Source: Escherichia coli
Lineage (GTDB): Bacteria > Pseudomonadota > Gammaproteobacteria > Enterobacterales > Enterobacteriaceae
Length of the DNA stretch: 64,000 bases
NCBI RefSeq assembly: GCF_030013595.1
Contig: NZ_CP122768.1
Strand: one strand, 5' to 3'
Shown in pieces: positions 1 to 13,649 of this stretch (its first letter is position 1; every line of letters starts with the position of its first letter). The notes under the pieces are model-generated. The model worked only from the letters and a program-made list of their open reading frames with translations. It was not told where the DNA came from and made no database searches. Made by a program: the position numbers and the translations under genes.

Positions 1-158
1 GAATACCCGCCCGATGCGCCTTTATAGGCGGGCGGCAACCAGACCATATTGATACCAATATCATTAAAACCGTCGGCGCGCTCGGCCAGTTCAGGCCAGA
101 GCTTACCGCCTTCCGGGTAATACCAGTGAAAACATTGTAACAGCGTGGGATTACGCAT
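1..158 (-). CDS. amyA: Cytoplasmic alpha-amylase, 5' end only (gene continues beyond window start)
   Basis: Reverse translation from ATG at 156-158 gives [31 protein letters not shown]..., matching the AmyA N-terminus; position after fliT as in E. coli. Confidence 0.6.
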   Translation of the reverse strand, partial: MRNPTLLQCFHWYYPEGGKLWPELAERADGFNDIGINMVWLPPAYKGASGGY

Positions 159-235
159 TCTTCGACTCCATTCAAGGGGAACATTAGAAGCGTAGCCGTA
201 ATCGGATTATTCGCGAGCCATCGGCTCGTTAAGAT

Positions 236-601
236 TCAAAAGAGGTTATCCTGCGGAGCCAGCACAAAGCCGCCCTGATCGCCATAGGCACTTAACACCG
301 ATTTTTGCATCGATGACTGACCGACCAGTTTCGCCAGTTCATCCATCCGAATCTGTAATAACTGCTTCACCTTGCTTTCGTTATCGAGAATCAGGCGCAG
401 CATCGGGCGGAGTTGCTCCTGCATCGTGGTGGACGGCTCAACCTCTTCAGTCAGGTGTGCAATCTCCTGCACCGCATTCACATACGCCATTTCGCTGGCG
501 ATGAGTTCGTCCCACTGTTCTTCCGTTGCCAGGCGTAACATGAGCTGGCTTTTTTCGACGAGTTGTTGCCAGGCGAAATACAAATGCGGTGCGTGGTTCA
601 T
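236..601 (-). CDS. fliT: Flagellar export chaperone / FlhDC anti-activator FliT
   Basis: 121-aa [36 protein letters not shown]...; synteny fliD-fliS-fliT. Confidence 0.85.
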   Translation of the reverse strand: MNHAPHLYFAWQQLVEKSQLMLRLATEEQWDELIASEMAYVNAVQEIAHLTEEVEPSTTMQEQLRPMLRLILDNESKVKQLLQIRMDELAKLVGQSSMQKSVLSAYGDQGGFVLAPQDNLF

Positions 602-1011
602 CAGACTGGGTCCTGAATCAAAGAAGGGGAGAGTAACGACTCTTTCCAGGCATCGGCAATATTGCGCATTAATGCTTCCACTTCTTCGACTGCGGAGACA
701 TCGTTGCGTAAATTGGCTTGCAGCAAGCGCCTGACCATATAGCTATAAAGAGCAATCAAGTTTTGGGTTAATTCGTCTTTGCTCTCTTCATCAAGACTCA
801 CCCGCAGCCCGTTCTCAATGATGTTGATCGCTTTTGACAAAGAGACGCCTTTGCCTTGCTGATTGTTGTCCTGCATAAACAGGCGCGCTCTAACCAGTGC
901 GCTCAGCACTCCATCAAATAGCATGGTGACCAGCTGTTGCTGGCTGGCGCTCATTACGGCGCTTTCGACGCCAATTTGTGCATAGGCCTGGGTGCCTTTT
1001 GCCGCGTACAT
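601..1011 (-). CDS. fliS: Flagellin-specific chaperone FliS
   Basis: 136-aa ORF, stop overlaps fliT start; recognised FliS sequence and synteny. Confidence 0.9.
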   Translation of the reverse strand: MYAAKGTQAYAQIGVESAVMSASQQQLVTMLFDGVLSALVRARLFMQDNNQQGKGVSLSKAINIIENGLRVSLDEESKDELTQNLIALYSYMVRRLLQANLRNDVSAVEEVEALMRNIADAWKESLLSPSLIQDPV

Positions 1012-1035
1012 GACCTGTCTCCCGATAAATAATGA

Positions 1036-2442
1036 TTACTTGGAATTACTGTTGTTTTCGAACTGCTGCGTTAAGTAGCTGCTGGTGCTATTTAACGAGG
1101 TCATTAAAACGTCCAGTTGGGTAAATTGTTCTTTGTAGCGAGCGACCTGCGCATCAATGCGATCGCTGGCGGCGTTGTAGTCTTTAGTTAACTTATTCAG
1201 GGTCTTACTAACGCCATCGGTAGCGGCTTTAATAATGCCCGTTGTCGAAAGCCAACTGGTCAGGTTGCTGCCGATGGTGGTCGTGATGCCGGTTTTTTTA
1301 CCATCGCCAACAATCAATGCACCTACGCCGCTGGCATCTTTTTTCAATGCAGCGGTGAGTTTGTCGGCATCCAGCTCCAGTTTGCCATCGCTGGGATCGG
1401 TCGTGATACCAATCTGCGCCAACGTTTTATAGTTGGAAGAACTAACGGTATTACTCAGCATCGACTTCAACTGCGTCTGAATCGTCCGCAACGTGGAGTC
1501 GCCGAGCAGTGCGCCATTGCTAGAACTCTGGCTATCAGCTCCCGCATCTACGGCGGTGTATTTGGTCAGGCTGCTGAAGGTATCTATTAGCGAGTTATAG
1601 GCATTCACCCAGTCTTTAATCGCCGTTTGCGCTTTGGAGGTGTCCTGAGTGATGGTCAGCGTCTGGTTGCCCGTGGTGACATCGTTCAGGTTCAGGGTGA
1701 TGTTTTCCAGCGCGTCGCTGATGGTGTTGCTGCTGTTCTCGATGGCGACGTTGTTGACCGTCAGCTGCGCATTCTGGGCGGCGACCGAGACCTCCATGCC
1801 GTTGCTGCTGGCACTGGCGTCATAGCCTATAAAACTTTGTAGCGCATCATCACCGCTAACCGAGAGCGTCATCGCATTGTCAAGGCCGGTGTCATTTGAT
1901 GTGACTGACAGACGATATTCACCGTTACCCACGTTAATGATGCTCGCGCTAACACCCGATTTTGCGTTGTTGATGGCATCACGGATCCCGCTTAACGACG
2001 AGTTAGCCGCGCTGATATCAATGGTAATCGGATCTTTGTCGCCGCCTTGTTGAATGGTGAGTTTGCTGTCGCTGGTGGCGATCGCCGTTTTCGTATCGTC
2101 TCTGGTGGTACGCGTGGTCAGGGTTTGCGCCTGCGCCAGATGGGTGACGCTGATGGTGTATTTCCCGGCGATGGCGTTACCTGCGGTGGTGGCACTGAAC
2201 GCGGTGGTGCTGCTGGTGGTGCTGGTGGCGGAAAAAAGATCGGCTTTAGACAATGCAGTATTGGCGGTCTGGAAAGTCGTCAGCGCGCTTTTCAGCGTAC
2301 CGTAGGCGCTAAGTTTAGCGGTAAACGACGATTGCTGATTTGAAATAGGGGTTAGCGTCGCTTTTTGCGCGGCGGTGAGGCTATCAAGGATTGAACTTAA
2401 ATCCAGGCCTGACCCGACTCCCAGCGATGAAATACTTGCCAT
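1036..2442 (-). CDS. fliD: Flagellar filament cap protein FliD
   Basis: 468-aa ORF with Ser/Thr-rich repetitive sequence typical of FliD; divergent from fliC. Confidence 0.9.
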   Translation of the reverse strand: MASISSLGVGSGLDLSSILDSLTAAQKATLTPISNQQSSFTAKLSAYGTLKSALTTFQTANTALSKADLFSATSTTSSTTAFSATTAGNAIAGKYTISVTHLAQAQTLTTRTTRDDTKTAIATSDSKLTIQQGGDKDPITIDISAANSSLSGIRDAINNAKSGVSASIINVGNGEYRLSVTSNDTGLDNAMTLSVSGDDALQSFIGYDASASSNGMEVSVAAQNAQLTVNNVAIENSSNTISDALENITLNLNDVTTGNQTLTITQDTSKAQTAIKDWVNAYNSLIDTFSSLTKYTAVDAGADSQSSSNGALLGDSTLRTIQTQLKSMLSNTVSSSNYKTLAQIGITTDPSDGKLELDADKLTAALKKDASGVGALIVGDGKKTGITTTIGSNLTSWLSTTGIIKAATDGVSKTLNKLTKDYNAASDRIDAQVARYKEQFTQLDVLMTSLNSTSSYLTQQFENNSNSK

Positions 2443-2485
2443 GCGATTTCCTTTTATCTTTCGACACGTAAAACGAATACCGGGG

Positions 2486-2513
2486 TTATCGGCCTGAATT
2501 GCGCAAAGTTTAC
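2486..2513 (-). promoter_or_regulatory. Sigma-28 (FliA) class 3 promoter for fliDST
   Basis: Minus strand reads TAAACTTT-N11-GCCGATAA, matching the sigma-28 consensus TAAAGTTT-N11-GCCGATAA. Confidence 0.6.
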
Positions 2514-2604
2514 GTTTAATTGTTTTTTTTAATAGCGGGAATAAGGGGCAGAGAAAAGAGTATTTCGGCGACTAACAAAAAATGGCTGTTTGTGAAAAAA
2601 ATTC

Positions 2605-2631
2605 TAAAGGTTGTTTTACGACAGACGATAA
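2605..2631 (+). promoter_or_regulatory. Sigma-28 (FliA) promoter of fliC
   Basis: TAAAGGTT-N11-GACGATAA about 75 bp upstream of the fliC start codon. Confidence 0.65.
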
Positions 2632-2707
2632 CAGGGTTGACGGCGATTGAGCCGACGGGTGGAAACCCAATACGTAATCAACGACTTGCAATATAGGATA
2701 ACGAATC

Positions 2708-4360
2708 ATGGCACAAGTCATTAATACCAACAGCCTCTCGCTGATCACTCAAAATAATATCAACAAGAACCAGTCTGCGCTGTCGAGTTCTATCGAGCGT
2801 CTGTCTTCTGGCTTGCGTATTAACAGCGCGAAGGATGACGCCGCAGGTCAGGCGATTGCTAACCGTTTTACTTCTAATATTAAAGGCCTGACTCAGGCTG
2901 CACGTAACGCCAACGACGGTATTTCTGTTGCACAGACCACCGAAGGCGCGCTGTCCGAAATCAACAACAACTTACAGCGTATTCGTGAACTGACGGTTCA
3001 GGCTTCTACCGGGACTAACTCTGATTCGGATCTGGACTCCATTCAGGACGAAATCAAATCCCGTCTGGACGAAATTGACCGCGTATCCGGTCAAACCCAG
3101 TTCAACGGTGTGAACGTACTGGCGAAAGACGGTTCGATGAAAATTCAGGTTGGTGCGAACGATGGCCAGACTATCACTATCGACCTGAAAAAAATTGACT
3201 CTGATACGCTGGGGCTGAGTGGGTTTAATGTGAATGGTGGCGGTTCTGTCGCTAACACTGCTGCATCTAAAGCTGACTTGGTAGCTGCTAATGCAACTGT
3301 GGTCGGCAACAAATATACTGTGAGTGCGGGTTACGATGCTGCTAAAGCGTCTGATTTGCTGGCTGGAGTTAGTGATGGTGATACTGTTCAGGCAACCATT
3401 AATAACGGCTTCGGAACGGCGGCTAGTGCAACGAATTACAAGTATGATAGTGCAAGTAAGTCTTACTCTTTTGATACCACAACGGCTTCAGCTGCCGATG
3501 TTCAGAAATATTTGACCCCAGGTGTTGGTGATACCGCTAAGGGCACTATTACTATCGATGGTTCTGCACAGGATGTTCAGATCAGTAGTGATGGTAAAAT
3601 TACGGCAAGCAATGGAGATAAACTCTACATTGATACAACTGGGCGCTTAACGAAAAACGGCTCTGGTGCATCTTTGACTGAGGCTAGTCTGTCCACACTT
3701 GCAGCCAATGATACCAAAGCGACAACCATTGACATCGGCGGTACCTCTATCTCCTTTACCGGTAATAGTACTACGCCGGACACTATTACTTATTCAGTAA
3801 CAGGTGCAAAAGTTGATCAGGCAGCTTTCGATAAAGCTGTATCAACCTCTGGAAACAATGTTGATTTCACTACCGCAGGTTATAGCGTAAACGGCACAAC
3901 TGGCGCTGTAACAAAAGGTGGTAATTCGGTTTATGTTGATAACAACGGGGCGTTGACCACATCTGATACTGTAGATTTTTACCTACAGGATGATGGTTCA
4001 GTGACTAACGGCAGCGGTAAGGCAGTTTATAAAGATGCTGACGGTAAATTGACGACAGATGCTGAAACAAAAGCAGCTACGACAGCCGATCCCCTGAAAG
4101 CTCTGGACGAAGCCATCAGCTCCATCGACAAATTCCGCTCCTCCCTCGGTGCCGTTCAAAACCGTCTGGATTCTGCGGTGACCAACCTGAACAACACCAC
4201 TACCAACCTGTCTGAAGCGCAGTCCCGTATTCAGGACGCCGACTATGCGACCGAAGTGTCCAATATGTCGAAAGCGCAGATCATTCAGCAGGCCGGTAAC
4301 TCCGTGCTGGCAAAAGCTAACCAGGTACCGCAGCAGGTTCTGTCTCTGCTGCAGGGTTAA
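2708..4360 (+). CDS. fliC: Flagellin (550 aa; conserved N/C termini, divergent central domain)
   Basis: N-terminus [55 protein letters not shown] and C-terminus ...[11 protein letters not shown] are canonical flagellin; middle is Thr/Ser/Gly-rich variable region. Confidence 0.9.
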   Translation: MAQVINTNSLSLITQNNINKNQSALSSSIERLSSGLRINSAKDDAAGQAIANRFTSNIKGLTQAARNANDGISVAQTTEGALSEINNNLQRIRELTVQASTGTNSDSDLDSIQDEIKSRLDEIDRVSGQTQFNGVNVLAKDGSMKIQVGANDGQTITIDLKKIDSDTLGLSGFNVNGGGSVANTAASKADLVAANATVVGNKYTVSAGYDAAKASDLLAGVSDGDTVQATINNGFGTAASATNYKYDSASKSYSFDTTTASAADVQKYLTPGVGDTAKGTITIDGSAQDVQISSDGKITASNGDKLYIDTTGRLTKNGSGASLTEASLSTLAANDTKATTIDIGGTSISFTGNSTTPDTITYSVTGAKVDQAAFDKAVSTSGNNVDFTTAGYSVNGTTGAVTKGGNSVYVDNNGALTTSDTVDFYLQDDGSVTNGSGKAVYKDADGKLTTDAETKAATTADPLKALDEAISSIDKFRSSLGAVQNRLDSAVTNLNNTTTNLSEAQSRIQDADYATEVSNMSKAQIIQQAGNSVLAKANQVPQQVLSLLQG

Positions 4361-4402
4361 TCGTCGTACCTGATTAACTGAGACTGACGGCAACGCCAAA
4401 TT

Positions 4403-4502
<100 letters not shown>

Positions 4503-4533
4503 ACTTGAATGGTAATTTGTCAGCAACGTGCTT

Positions 4534-4556
4534 CCCCGCCACCGGCGGGGTTTTTT
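4534..4556 (+). terminator. Rho-independent terminator downstream of fliC
   Basis: GC hairpin ccccgccaccggcgggg followed by a T-run. Confidence 0.6.
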
Positions 4557-4678
4557 CTGTCCGCAATTTACCGGTAACCCCCAAATAACCCCTCATTTCA
4601 CCCACTAATCGTCCGATTAAAAACCCTGCAGAAACGGATAATCATGCCGATAACTCATATAACGCAGGGCTGTTTATC

Positions 4679-5398
4679 GTGAATTCACTCTATACCGCTG
4701 AAGGTGTAATGGATAAACACTCGCTGTGGCAGCGTTATGTCCCGCTGGTGCGTCACGAAGCATTGCGCCTGCAGGTTCGACTGCCCGCGAGCGTGGAACT
4801 AGACGATCTGCTACAGGCGGGCGGCATTGGGTTACTTAATGCCGTCGAACGCTATGACGCCCTACAAGGAACGGCATTTACAACTTACGCAGTGCAGCGT
4901 ATCCGTGGCGCTATGCTGGATGAACTTCGCAGCCGTGACTGGGTGCCGCGCAGCGTGCGACGCAACGCGCGTGAAGTGGCACAGGCAATAGGGCAACTGG
5001 AGCAGGAACTTGGCCGCAACGCCACGGAAACTGAGGTAGCGGAACGTTTAGGGATCGATATTGCCGATTATCGCCAAATGTTGCTCGACACCAATAACAG
5101 CCAGCTCTTCTCCTACGATGAGTGGCGCGAAGAGCACGGCGATAGCATCGAACTGGTTACTGATGATCATCAGCGAGAAAACCCGCTACAACAACTGCTG
5201 GACAGTAATCTGCGCCAGCGGGTGATGGAAGCCATCGAAACGTTGCCGGAGCGCGAAAAACTGGTATTAACCCTCTATTACCAGGAAGAGCTGAATCTCA
5301 AAGAGATTGGCGCGGTGCTGGAGGTCGGGGAGTCGCGGGTCAGTCAGTTACACAGCCAGGCCATTAAACGGTTACGCACTAAACTGGGTAAGTTATAA
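4679..5398 (+). CDS. fliA: Flagellar sigma factor sigma-28 (FliA)
   Basis: 239-aa ORF, GTG start, MNSLYTAEGVMDKHSLWQRYVPLVRHEALRL...; recognised FliA. Confidence 0.9.
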   Translation: MNSLYTAEGVMDKHSLWQRYVPLVRHEALRLQVRLPASVELDDLLQAGGIGLLNAVERYDALQGTAFTTYAVQRIRGAMLDELRSRDWVPRSVRRNAREVAQAIGQLEQELGRNATETEVAERLGIDIADYRQMLLDTNNSQLFSYDEWREEHGDSIELVTDDHQRENPLQQLLDSNLRQRVMEAIETLPEREKLVLTLYYQEELNLKEIGAVLEVGESRVSQLHSQAIKRLRTKLGKL

Positions 5399-5443
5399 CG
5401 TCAGTAAATGCCGCACTTTAACTTTGACTACCAGGAGTTCTTA

Positions 5444-5995
5444 ATGATGGTGCAGCACCTGAAAAGACGGCCATTAAGCCGCTATCTTAAAGACTTTAAA
5501 CACAGCCAGACCCATTGCGCGCATTGCCGTAAATTACTCGATCGTATTACCCTCGTTCGCGATGGCAAAATAGTGAATAAAATCGAGATTTCCCGCCTGG
5601 ACATGCTTCTTGATGAAAATAGCTGGCAAGTGGAACAAAAATCATGGGCGGCATTGTGCCGATTTTGCGGTGATTTACATTGTAAAACGCAGAGTGATTT
5701 TTTCGATATTATCGGCTTTAAGCAATTTCTTTTTGAGCAAACTGAAATGAGCCCTGGTACGGTGCGTGAATATGTCGTTCGTCTGCGCCGTTTGGGGAAT
5801 CATCTTCACGAGCAAAATATTACCCTCGATCAGCTGCAGGACGGTTTCCTTGATGAAATCCTCGCCCCGTGGCTGCCCACCACCAGCACCAACAATTACC
5901 GCATCGCGTTACGGAAGTATCAACACTATCAGCGTCAAACGTGTACCGGACTTGTGCAGAAATCCTCCAGCCTGCCTGCTTCTGATATATATTAA
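5444..5995 (+). CDS. fliZ: Regulator FliZ
   Basis: Immediately downstream of fliA; start taken at internal MMVQHLKRRPL as I recall for FliZ (track ORF begins at 5408). Confidence 0.8.
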   Translation: MMVQHLKRRPLSRYLKDFKHSQTHCAHCRKLLDRITLVRDGKIVNKIEISRLDMLLDENSWQVEQKSWAALCRFCGDLHCKTQSDFFDIIGFKQFLFEQTEMSPGTVREYVVRLRRLGNHLHEQNITLDQLQDGFLDEILAPWLPTTSTNNYRIALRKYQHYQRQTCTGLVQKSSSLPASDIY

Positions 5996-6082
5996 ATAAG
6001 AATAAGATGTAGCGGAGTTGTTTTTGTGTTTACAAACAATGGCTCTACACTGCAAACAGACATAACAACATTCGGGGTGAAT

Positions 6083-7974
<1,892 letters not shown>

Positions 7975-7988
7975 CTCCGGAAACGCTC

Positions 7989-8657
7989 ATGCAAGAAAGT
8001 ATACAACTGGTTATTGATTCCTTGCCGTTCCTGCTGAAAGGGGCTGGGTATACGCTGCAACTCAGTATCGGCGGCATGTTTTTTGGCTTACTGCTAGGGT
8101 TTATTCTCGCGCTGATGCGCCTTTCACCAATCTGGCCCGTGCGCTGGCTGGCGCGTTTTTATATCTCTATTTTTCGTGGTACGCCACTCATCGCACAACT
8201 GTTTATGATCTATTACGGCTTGCCGCAGTTTGGCATCGAACTAGATCCCATTCCGTCAGCAATGATTGGTCTGTCGCTAAACACTGCCGCCTATGCTGCC
8301 GAAACGCTGCGTGCCGCCATTTCTTCTATTGATAAAGGTCAGTGGGAAGCTGCTGCCAGTATTGGTATGACGCCGTGGCAGACCATGCGTCGCGCGATTT
8401 TGCCACAGGCGGCGCGGGTGGCGTTGCCGCCGCTGTCGAACAGCTTTATCAGCCTGGTAAAAGATACGTCGCTGGCCGCGACAATCCAGGTGCCGGAGCT
8501 GTTCCGTCAGGCGCAGTTGATTACCTCGCGCACGCTGGAAGTGTTCACCATGTACCTGGCGGCTTCGCTCATCTACTGGATCATGGCGACAGTATTATCG
8601 ACGTTGCAGAACCATTTTGAGAATCAACTTAATCGCCAGGAGAGAGAACCAAAATGA
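7989..8657 (+). CDS. tcyL: L-cystine ABC transporter permease
   Basis: 222-aa polar amino-acid ABC permease with multiple hydrophobic segments; synteny (yecS). Confidence 0.85.
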   Translation: MQESIQLVIDSLPFLLKGAGYTLQLSIGGMFFGLLLGFILALMRLSPIWPVRWLARFYISIFRGTPLIAQLFMIYYGLPQFGIELDPIPSAMIGLSLNTAAYAAETLRAAISSIDKGQWEAAASIGMTPWQTMRRAILPQAARVALPPLSNSFISLVKDTSLAATIQVPELFRQAQLITSRTLEVFTMYLAASLIYWIMATVLSTLQNHFENQLNRQEREPK

Positions 8658-9406
8658 GTGCCATTGAAGTCAAGAACCTGGTGAAAAAATTCCACGGTCA
8701 GACGGTGCTGCACGGTATCGACCTTGAGGTGAAGCCTGGCGAAGTAGTGGCAATTATCGGTCCAAGTGGTTCCGGCAAAACCACGTTGCTACGCAGCATA
8801 AATCTGCTGGAACAACCGGAAGCGGGAACCATCACCGTTGGCGATATCACCATTGATACTGCACGTTCATTAAGTCAGCAAAAATCGCTGATTCGCCAGT
8901 TGCGTCAGCACGTCGGGTTTGTCTTCCAGAACTTTAATTTGTTTCCGCATCGTACGGTGCTGGAAAACATTATTGAAGGGCCGGTGATCGTCAAAGGTGA
9001 ACCGAAAGAAGAGGCCACGGCGCGCGCTCGCGAGCTGTTGGCGAAAGTTGGGCTGGCAGGTAAAGAAACCAGCTATCCACGTCGTTTGTCTGGCGGTCAA
9101 CAGCAGCGTGTCGCGATTGCGCGAGCGCTGGCAATGCGTCCTGAAGTGATTTTGTTTGACGAGCCAACGTCGGCGCTGGATCCAGAGCTGGTGGGCGAAG
9201 TCCTGAACACCATCCGCCAGCTGGCGCAGGAAAAGCGCACCATGGTGATTGTGACGCACGAAATGAGCTTTGCCCGGGATGTTGCGGACCGGGCGATCTT
9301 TATGGACCAGGGGCGGATAGTCGAGCAGGGGGCCGCAAAAGCGTTATTTGCCGATCCCGAGCAGCCTCGCACCCGCCAGTTCCTCGAGAAGTTTCTGCTG
9401 CAATAA
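8654..9406 (+). CDS. tcyN: L-cystine ABC transporter ATP-binding protein
   Basis: Walker A GPSGSGKTT, ABC signature LSGGQQQR, Walker B ILFDEPTSALD; overlaps tcyL stop (yecC). Confidence 0.85.
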   Translation: MSAIEVKNLVKKFHGQTVLHGIDLEVKPGEVVAIIGPSGSGKTTLLRSINLLEQPEAGTITVGDITIDTARSLSQQKSLIRQLRQHVGFVFQNFNLFPHRTVLENIIEGPVIVKGEPKEEATARARELLAKVGLAGKETSYPRRLSGGQQQRVAIARALAMRPEVILFDEPTSALDPELVGEVLNTIRQLAQEKRTMVIVTHEMSFARDVADRAIFMDQGRIVEQGAAKALFADPEQPRTRQFLEKFLLQ

Positions 9407-9635
9407 TAAGAAAAAATCAGCCCCGACGATTCACCTGTCGGGGCGGGACGCCATTTCAAGCGTAATAAAAGTGCTTAACAAATCAGCATAACTCATTAAT
9501 AACATAAGAGAATACGATAGCTTGCAAAAGTAATTCATTGCCTGAATAATATAAATTATATATAAATCTTATTTATGTGATAGTTTGAATTATCATTATA
9601 AATGATACTCACTCTCAGGGGCGTTGCGGTTTACT

Positions 9636-10358
9636 ATGCAGGATACGGATTTTTTCAGCTGGCGTCGCACGATGCTGTTGCGTTTTCAGAGGATGGAGGC
9701 CGCAGAAGAGGTCTACCATGAAATAGAGCTTCAGGCTCAGCAGCTGGAGTACGATTACTATTCGTTATGTGTTCGCCACCCGGTACCATTCACGCGACCT
9801 AAAGTGGCTTTCTACACCAATTACCCTGAGGCGTGGGTTAGTTATTATCAGGCAAAAAATTTTCTCGCAATTGATCCGGTGCTGAACCCTGAAAACTTTA
9901 GTCAGGGCCATTTAATGTGGAATGATGACTTATTCAGCGAAGCACAGCCGTTATGGGAAGCTGCGCGCGCACATGGTTTACGCCGCGGTGTCACTCAGTA
10001 TTTAATGCTGCCAAATCGGGCGCTGGGCTTTTTGTCCTTTTCCCGTTGCAGCACGCGCGAAATACCCATTCTTAGTGATGAACTGCAATTAAAAATGCAG
10101 TTACTGGTGCGCGAAAGTCTGATGGCTCTGATGCGTTTAAATGATGAAATAGTGATGACGCCAGAGATGAATTTCAGCAAGCGCGAAAAAGAAATTCTGA
10201 AATGGACGGCGGAAGGGAAGACATCAGCAGAGATAGCGATGATTTTGTCAATCTCTGAGAATACGGTCAATTTCCATCAGAAAAACATGCAGAAAAAAAT
10301 CAATGCACCAAATAAGACCCAGGTGGCCTGTTACGCGGCCGCTACTGGCTTAATTTGA
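9636..10358 (+). CDS. sdiA: LuxR-family quorum-sensing regulator SdiA
   Basis: MQDTDFFSWRRTMLLRFQRMEAAEEVYHEI... with C-terminal LuxR HTH (track ORF starts 12 nt upstream). Confidence 0.85.
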   Translation: MQDTDFFSWRRTMLLRFQRMEAAEEVYHEIELQAQQLEYDYYSLCVRHPVPFTRPKVAFYTNYPEAWVSYYQAKNFLAIDPVLNPENFSQGHLMWNDDLFSEAQPLWEAARAHGLRRGVTQYLMLPNRALGFLSFSRCSTREIPILSDELQLKMQLLVRESLMALMRLNDEIVMTPEMNFSKREKEILKWTAEGKTSAEIAMILSISENTVNFHQKNMQKKINAPNKTQVACYAAATGLI

Positions 10359-10386
10359 GCGCTTTTCTTTCTGCGTGCCAGATGCA

Positions 10387-10421
10387 AAAACCGGCTGAAA
10401 GGCACGCTCTCAGCCGGTTTT
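10387..10421. terminator. Bidirectional terminator hairpin between convergent sdiA and yecF
   Basis: aaaaccggctgaaaggcacgctctcagccggtttt, with A-run/T-run on either side. Confidence 0.55.
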
Positions 10422-10424
10422 ATA

Positions 10425-10649
10425 TTACTGACGGTAGGCTTGTTTAATTTGCTTAACCGTTTTGGAAAATACTGCAGCCTGGGTTTCGTCTTCGATCAGC
10501 GCAAGCTGTTTTTCCATCTTTAACATCACGCGGCCCGCGTCAGCTTGTCCCATCGCCTGCAGCATCAGCGTCAGCATCGCTTTCAGGCAGGAGACTTCAT
10601 TTGCCAGTTCTTGATTATTCTCGGCAGTAGAAAAATCAGGCGTACTCAT
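10425..10649 (-). CDS. yecF: Small protein YecF (DUF2594)
   Basis: 74-aa ORF between sdiA and uvrY, position as in E. coli. Confidence 0.7.
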
Positions 10650-11107
10650 TTATTTTCCTCGTCATGTTGCAATGAAAATTTGCGGTGAAAAATGTTAAGG
10701 CGGCGGAGTATACCATAAGCTTCGCTAAAAATAGCAGTGGTTGTTTTTTGAGCGTGATATCGGCAGTGCTATAAAATACGTTAATATAATGACCAATAAA
10801 TATTTTTATCATGAATGTTTTTTGCCCGTATTGTTCGGGTTAATTAATGTTACATATTCAGCGGGCTGATTTTCATTTTTGCTGAATAAAGTCAATTTTT
10901 GTCACATTTCATCGCAGGGCTTACAGTGAAACGATCCCGGAAGCCGTTGGTGACGGGCGTGACCATAACTGTGGACAATCGAATTTACAAAAACGAGAGA
11001 AAAATCGAATACCCACCATTTTTAACGTTTCAAAGTTGCAATAAAAACCGCTAATATACGAATGACTAACTATCAGTAGCGTTATCCCTATTTCTGGAGA
11101 TATTCCT

Positions 11108-11764
11108 TTGATCAACGTTCTACTTGTTGATGACCACGAACTGGTGCGCGCAGGGATACGACGCATTCTGGAAGATATAAAGGGTATAAAAGTCGTCGGT
11201 GAGGCATCGTGCGGTGAAGACGCCGTTAAGTGGTGCCGGGCAAATGCCGTTGACGTGGTGCTAATGGACATGAGTATGCCGGGCATTGGCGGTCTTGAGG
11301 CGACGCGTAAAATCGCGCGTTCCACAGCTGATGTCAAAATCATCATGCTTACCGTCCATACAGAAAACCCTTTACCAGCGAAAGTCATGCAGGCCGGTGC
11401 TGCGGGCTACCTCAGCAAAGGCGCGGCTCCGCAGGAAGTCGTGAGTGCGATCCGTTCTGTCTATTCAGGGCAGCGTTACATTGCTTCTGACATCGCTCAA
11501 CAAATGGCGTTAAGCCAGATCGAACCAGAAAAAACAGAAAGCCCATTTGCCAGTTTGTCTGAACGTGAATTGCAGATTATGCTGATGATCACCAAGGGCC
11601 AGAAGGTCAATGAGATCTCAGAACAGCTCAATCTCAGTCCGAAAACGGTGAACAGCTACCGCTATCGTATGTTCAGTAAACTAAACATTCATGGCGATGT
11701 TGAGCTGACTCACCTGGCAATTCGCCATGGTCTGTGTAATGCGGAGACATTATCAAGTCAGTGA
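11108..11764 (+). CDS. uvrY: Response regulator UvrY (BarA/UvrY two-component system)
   Basis: TTG start; [26 protein letters not shown]... receiver domain plus LuxR-type HTH. Confidence 0.9.
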
Positions 11765-13593
11765 GTGATCAGTTTGACGCAAAAGCGTTTTTAAAAACCG
11801 TAACCAGCCAGCCAGGCGTTTATCGCATGTATGATGCTGGTGGTACGGTTATCTATGTCGGCAAAGCGAAAGACCTGAAAAAACGGCTTTCCAGCTATTT
11901 CCGTAGCAACCTCGCTTCGCGCAAAACCGAAGCGCTGGTCGCCCAGATCCAGCAAATTGATGTAACGGTTACTCATACAGAAACCGAAGCGCTGTTGCTG
12001 GAACACAACTACATCAAACTCTATCAGCCGCGTTACAACGTTTTGCTACGCGATGATAAATCTTATCCTTTTATCTTCCTGAGTGGCGATACTCACCCGC
12101 GTCTGGCGATGCATCGTGGTGCGAAGCATGCCAAAGGTGAATATTTCGGCCCGTTCCCGAATGGCTATGCCGTACGTGAAACACTGGCGCTACTGCAAAA
12201 GATATTCCCCATTCGCCAGTGCGAAAATAGTGTTTATCGCAATCGCTCGCGTCCGTGTCTGCAATATCAGATAGGGCGCTGTCTGGGACCGTGCGTTGAA
12301 GGACTGGTGAGTGAAGAAGAATACGCTCAGCAGGTCGAGTATGTGCGCCTGTTTTTGTCTGGCAAAGATGATCAGGTGCTTACGCAACTCATTAGCCGTA
12401 TGGAAACTGCCAGCCAGAATCTGGAGTTTGAAGAAGCGGCACGTATTCGCGACCAAATTCAGGCGGTGCGACGCGTCACCGAAAAACAGTTTGTGTCCAA
12501 TACCGGCGACGACCTTGACGTTATTGGTGTGGCGTTCGATGCGGGCATGGCTTGTGTCCACGTATTGTTCATTCGTCAGGGTAAAGTGCTCGGCAGCCGC
12601 AGCTATTTCCCGAAAGTGCCTGGCGGTACGGAACTGAGCGAGGTGGTGGAAACCTTCGTAGGTCAGTTCTATTTACAAGGCAGCCAGATGCGCACCTTAC
12701 CGGGTGAGATCCTGCTCGATTTTAATCTTAGCGATAAAACGCTGCTCGCCGATTCCCTTTCAGAACTGGCGGGACGCAAGATTAATGTTCAAACTAAACC
12801 TCGCGGCGATCGGGCGCGTTATCTGAAACTCGCGCGCACCAATGCGGCGACGGCCTTAACCAGCAAACTTTCGCAGCAATCTACCGTTCACCAGCGACTG
12901 ACCGCACTTGCCAGCGTGTTGAAATTGCCGGAAGTGAAGCGGATGGAGTGCTTTGACATCAGCCATACCATGGGTGAACAAACCGTCGCTTCCTGTGTGG
13001 TGTTTGATGCTAACGGCCCGCTGCGTGCGGAGTATCGGCGCTATAACATTACTGGCATTACGCCGGGCGATGATTATGCGGCGATGAATCAGGTGCTGCG
13101 TCGGCGTTATGGTAAAGCCATCGACGACAGTAAGATCCCGGATGTGATCCTTATTGACGGCGGCAAAGGCCAGCTTGCGCAGGCGAAAAATGTCTTCGCC
13201 GAACTGGATGTCTCATGGGATAAAAATCATCCGCTGCTACTTGGCGTTGCCAAAGGAGCAGATAGGAAGGCTGGGCTGGAAACGCTGTTCTTTGAGCCGG
13301 AAGGTGAGGGATTCAGTTTGCCGCCAGATTCTCCCGCGCTGCATGTTATCCAGCATATTCGCGACGAATCACACGATCACGCGATTGGTGGGCACCGTAA
13401 AAAACGGGCGAAGGTCAAAAATACCAGTTCCCTGGAAACCATTGAAGGCGTCGGGCCAAAACGTCGGCAAATGTTGTTGAAATATATGGGCGGTTTGCAA
13501 GGTTTACGTAACGCCAGCGTTGAGGAAATTGCAAAAGTGCCGGGTATTTCGCAAGGTCTGGCAGAAAAGATCTTCTGGTCGTTGAAACATTGA
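11761..13593 (+). CDS. uvrC: Excinuclease ABC subunit C
   Basis: 610-aa ORF, GIY-YIG N-terminus ([25 protein letters not shown]), overlaps uvrY stop. Confidence 0.9.
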
Positions 13594-13649
13594 TGTCTCT
13601 GTAGCAACATAGGGGTAATCTTACTGACAACAGATAGTTACCCGTCATT

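Noticed and set aside
2047-2343. Plus-strand ORFs (98 aa and 83 aa) inside fliD
   Set aside because: Antisense to a well-supported gene; Gly/Arg-rich, typical of reverse-frame artefacts in repetitive coding sequence.
3998-4399. 133-aa minus-strand ORF overlapping the 3' end of fliC
   Set aside because: Antisense to fliC; no RBS; runs into REP elements.
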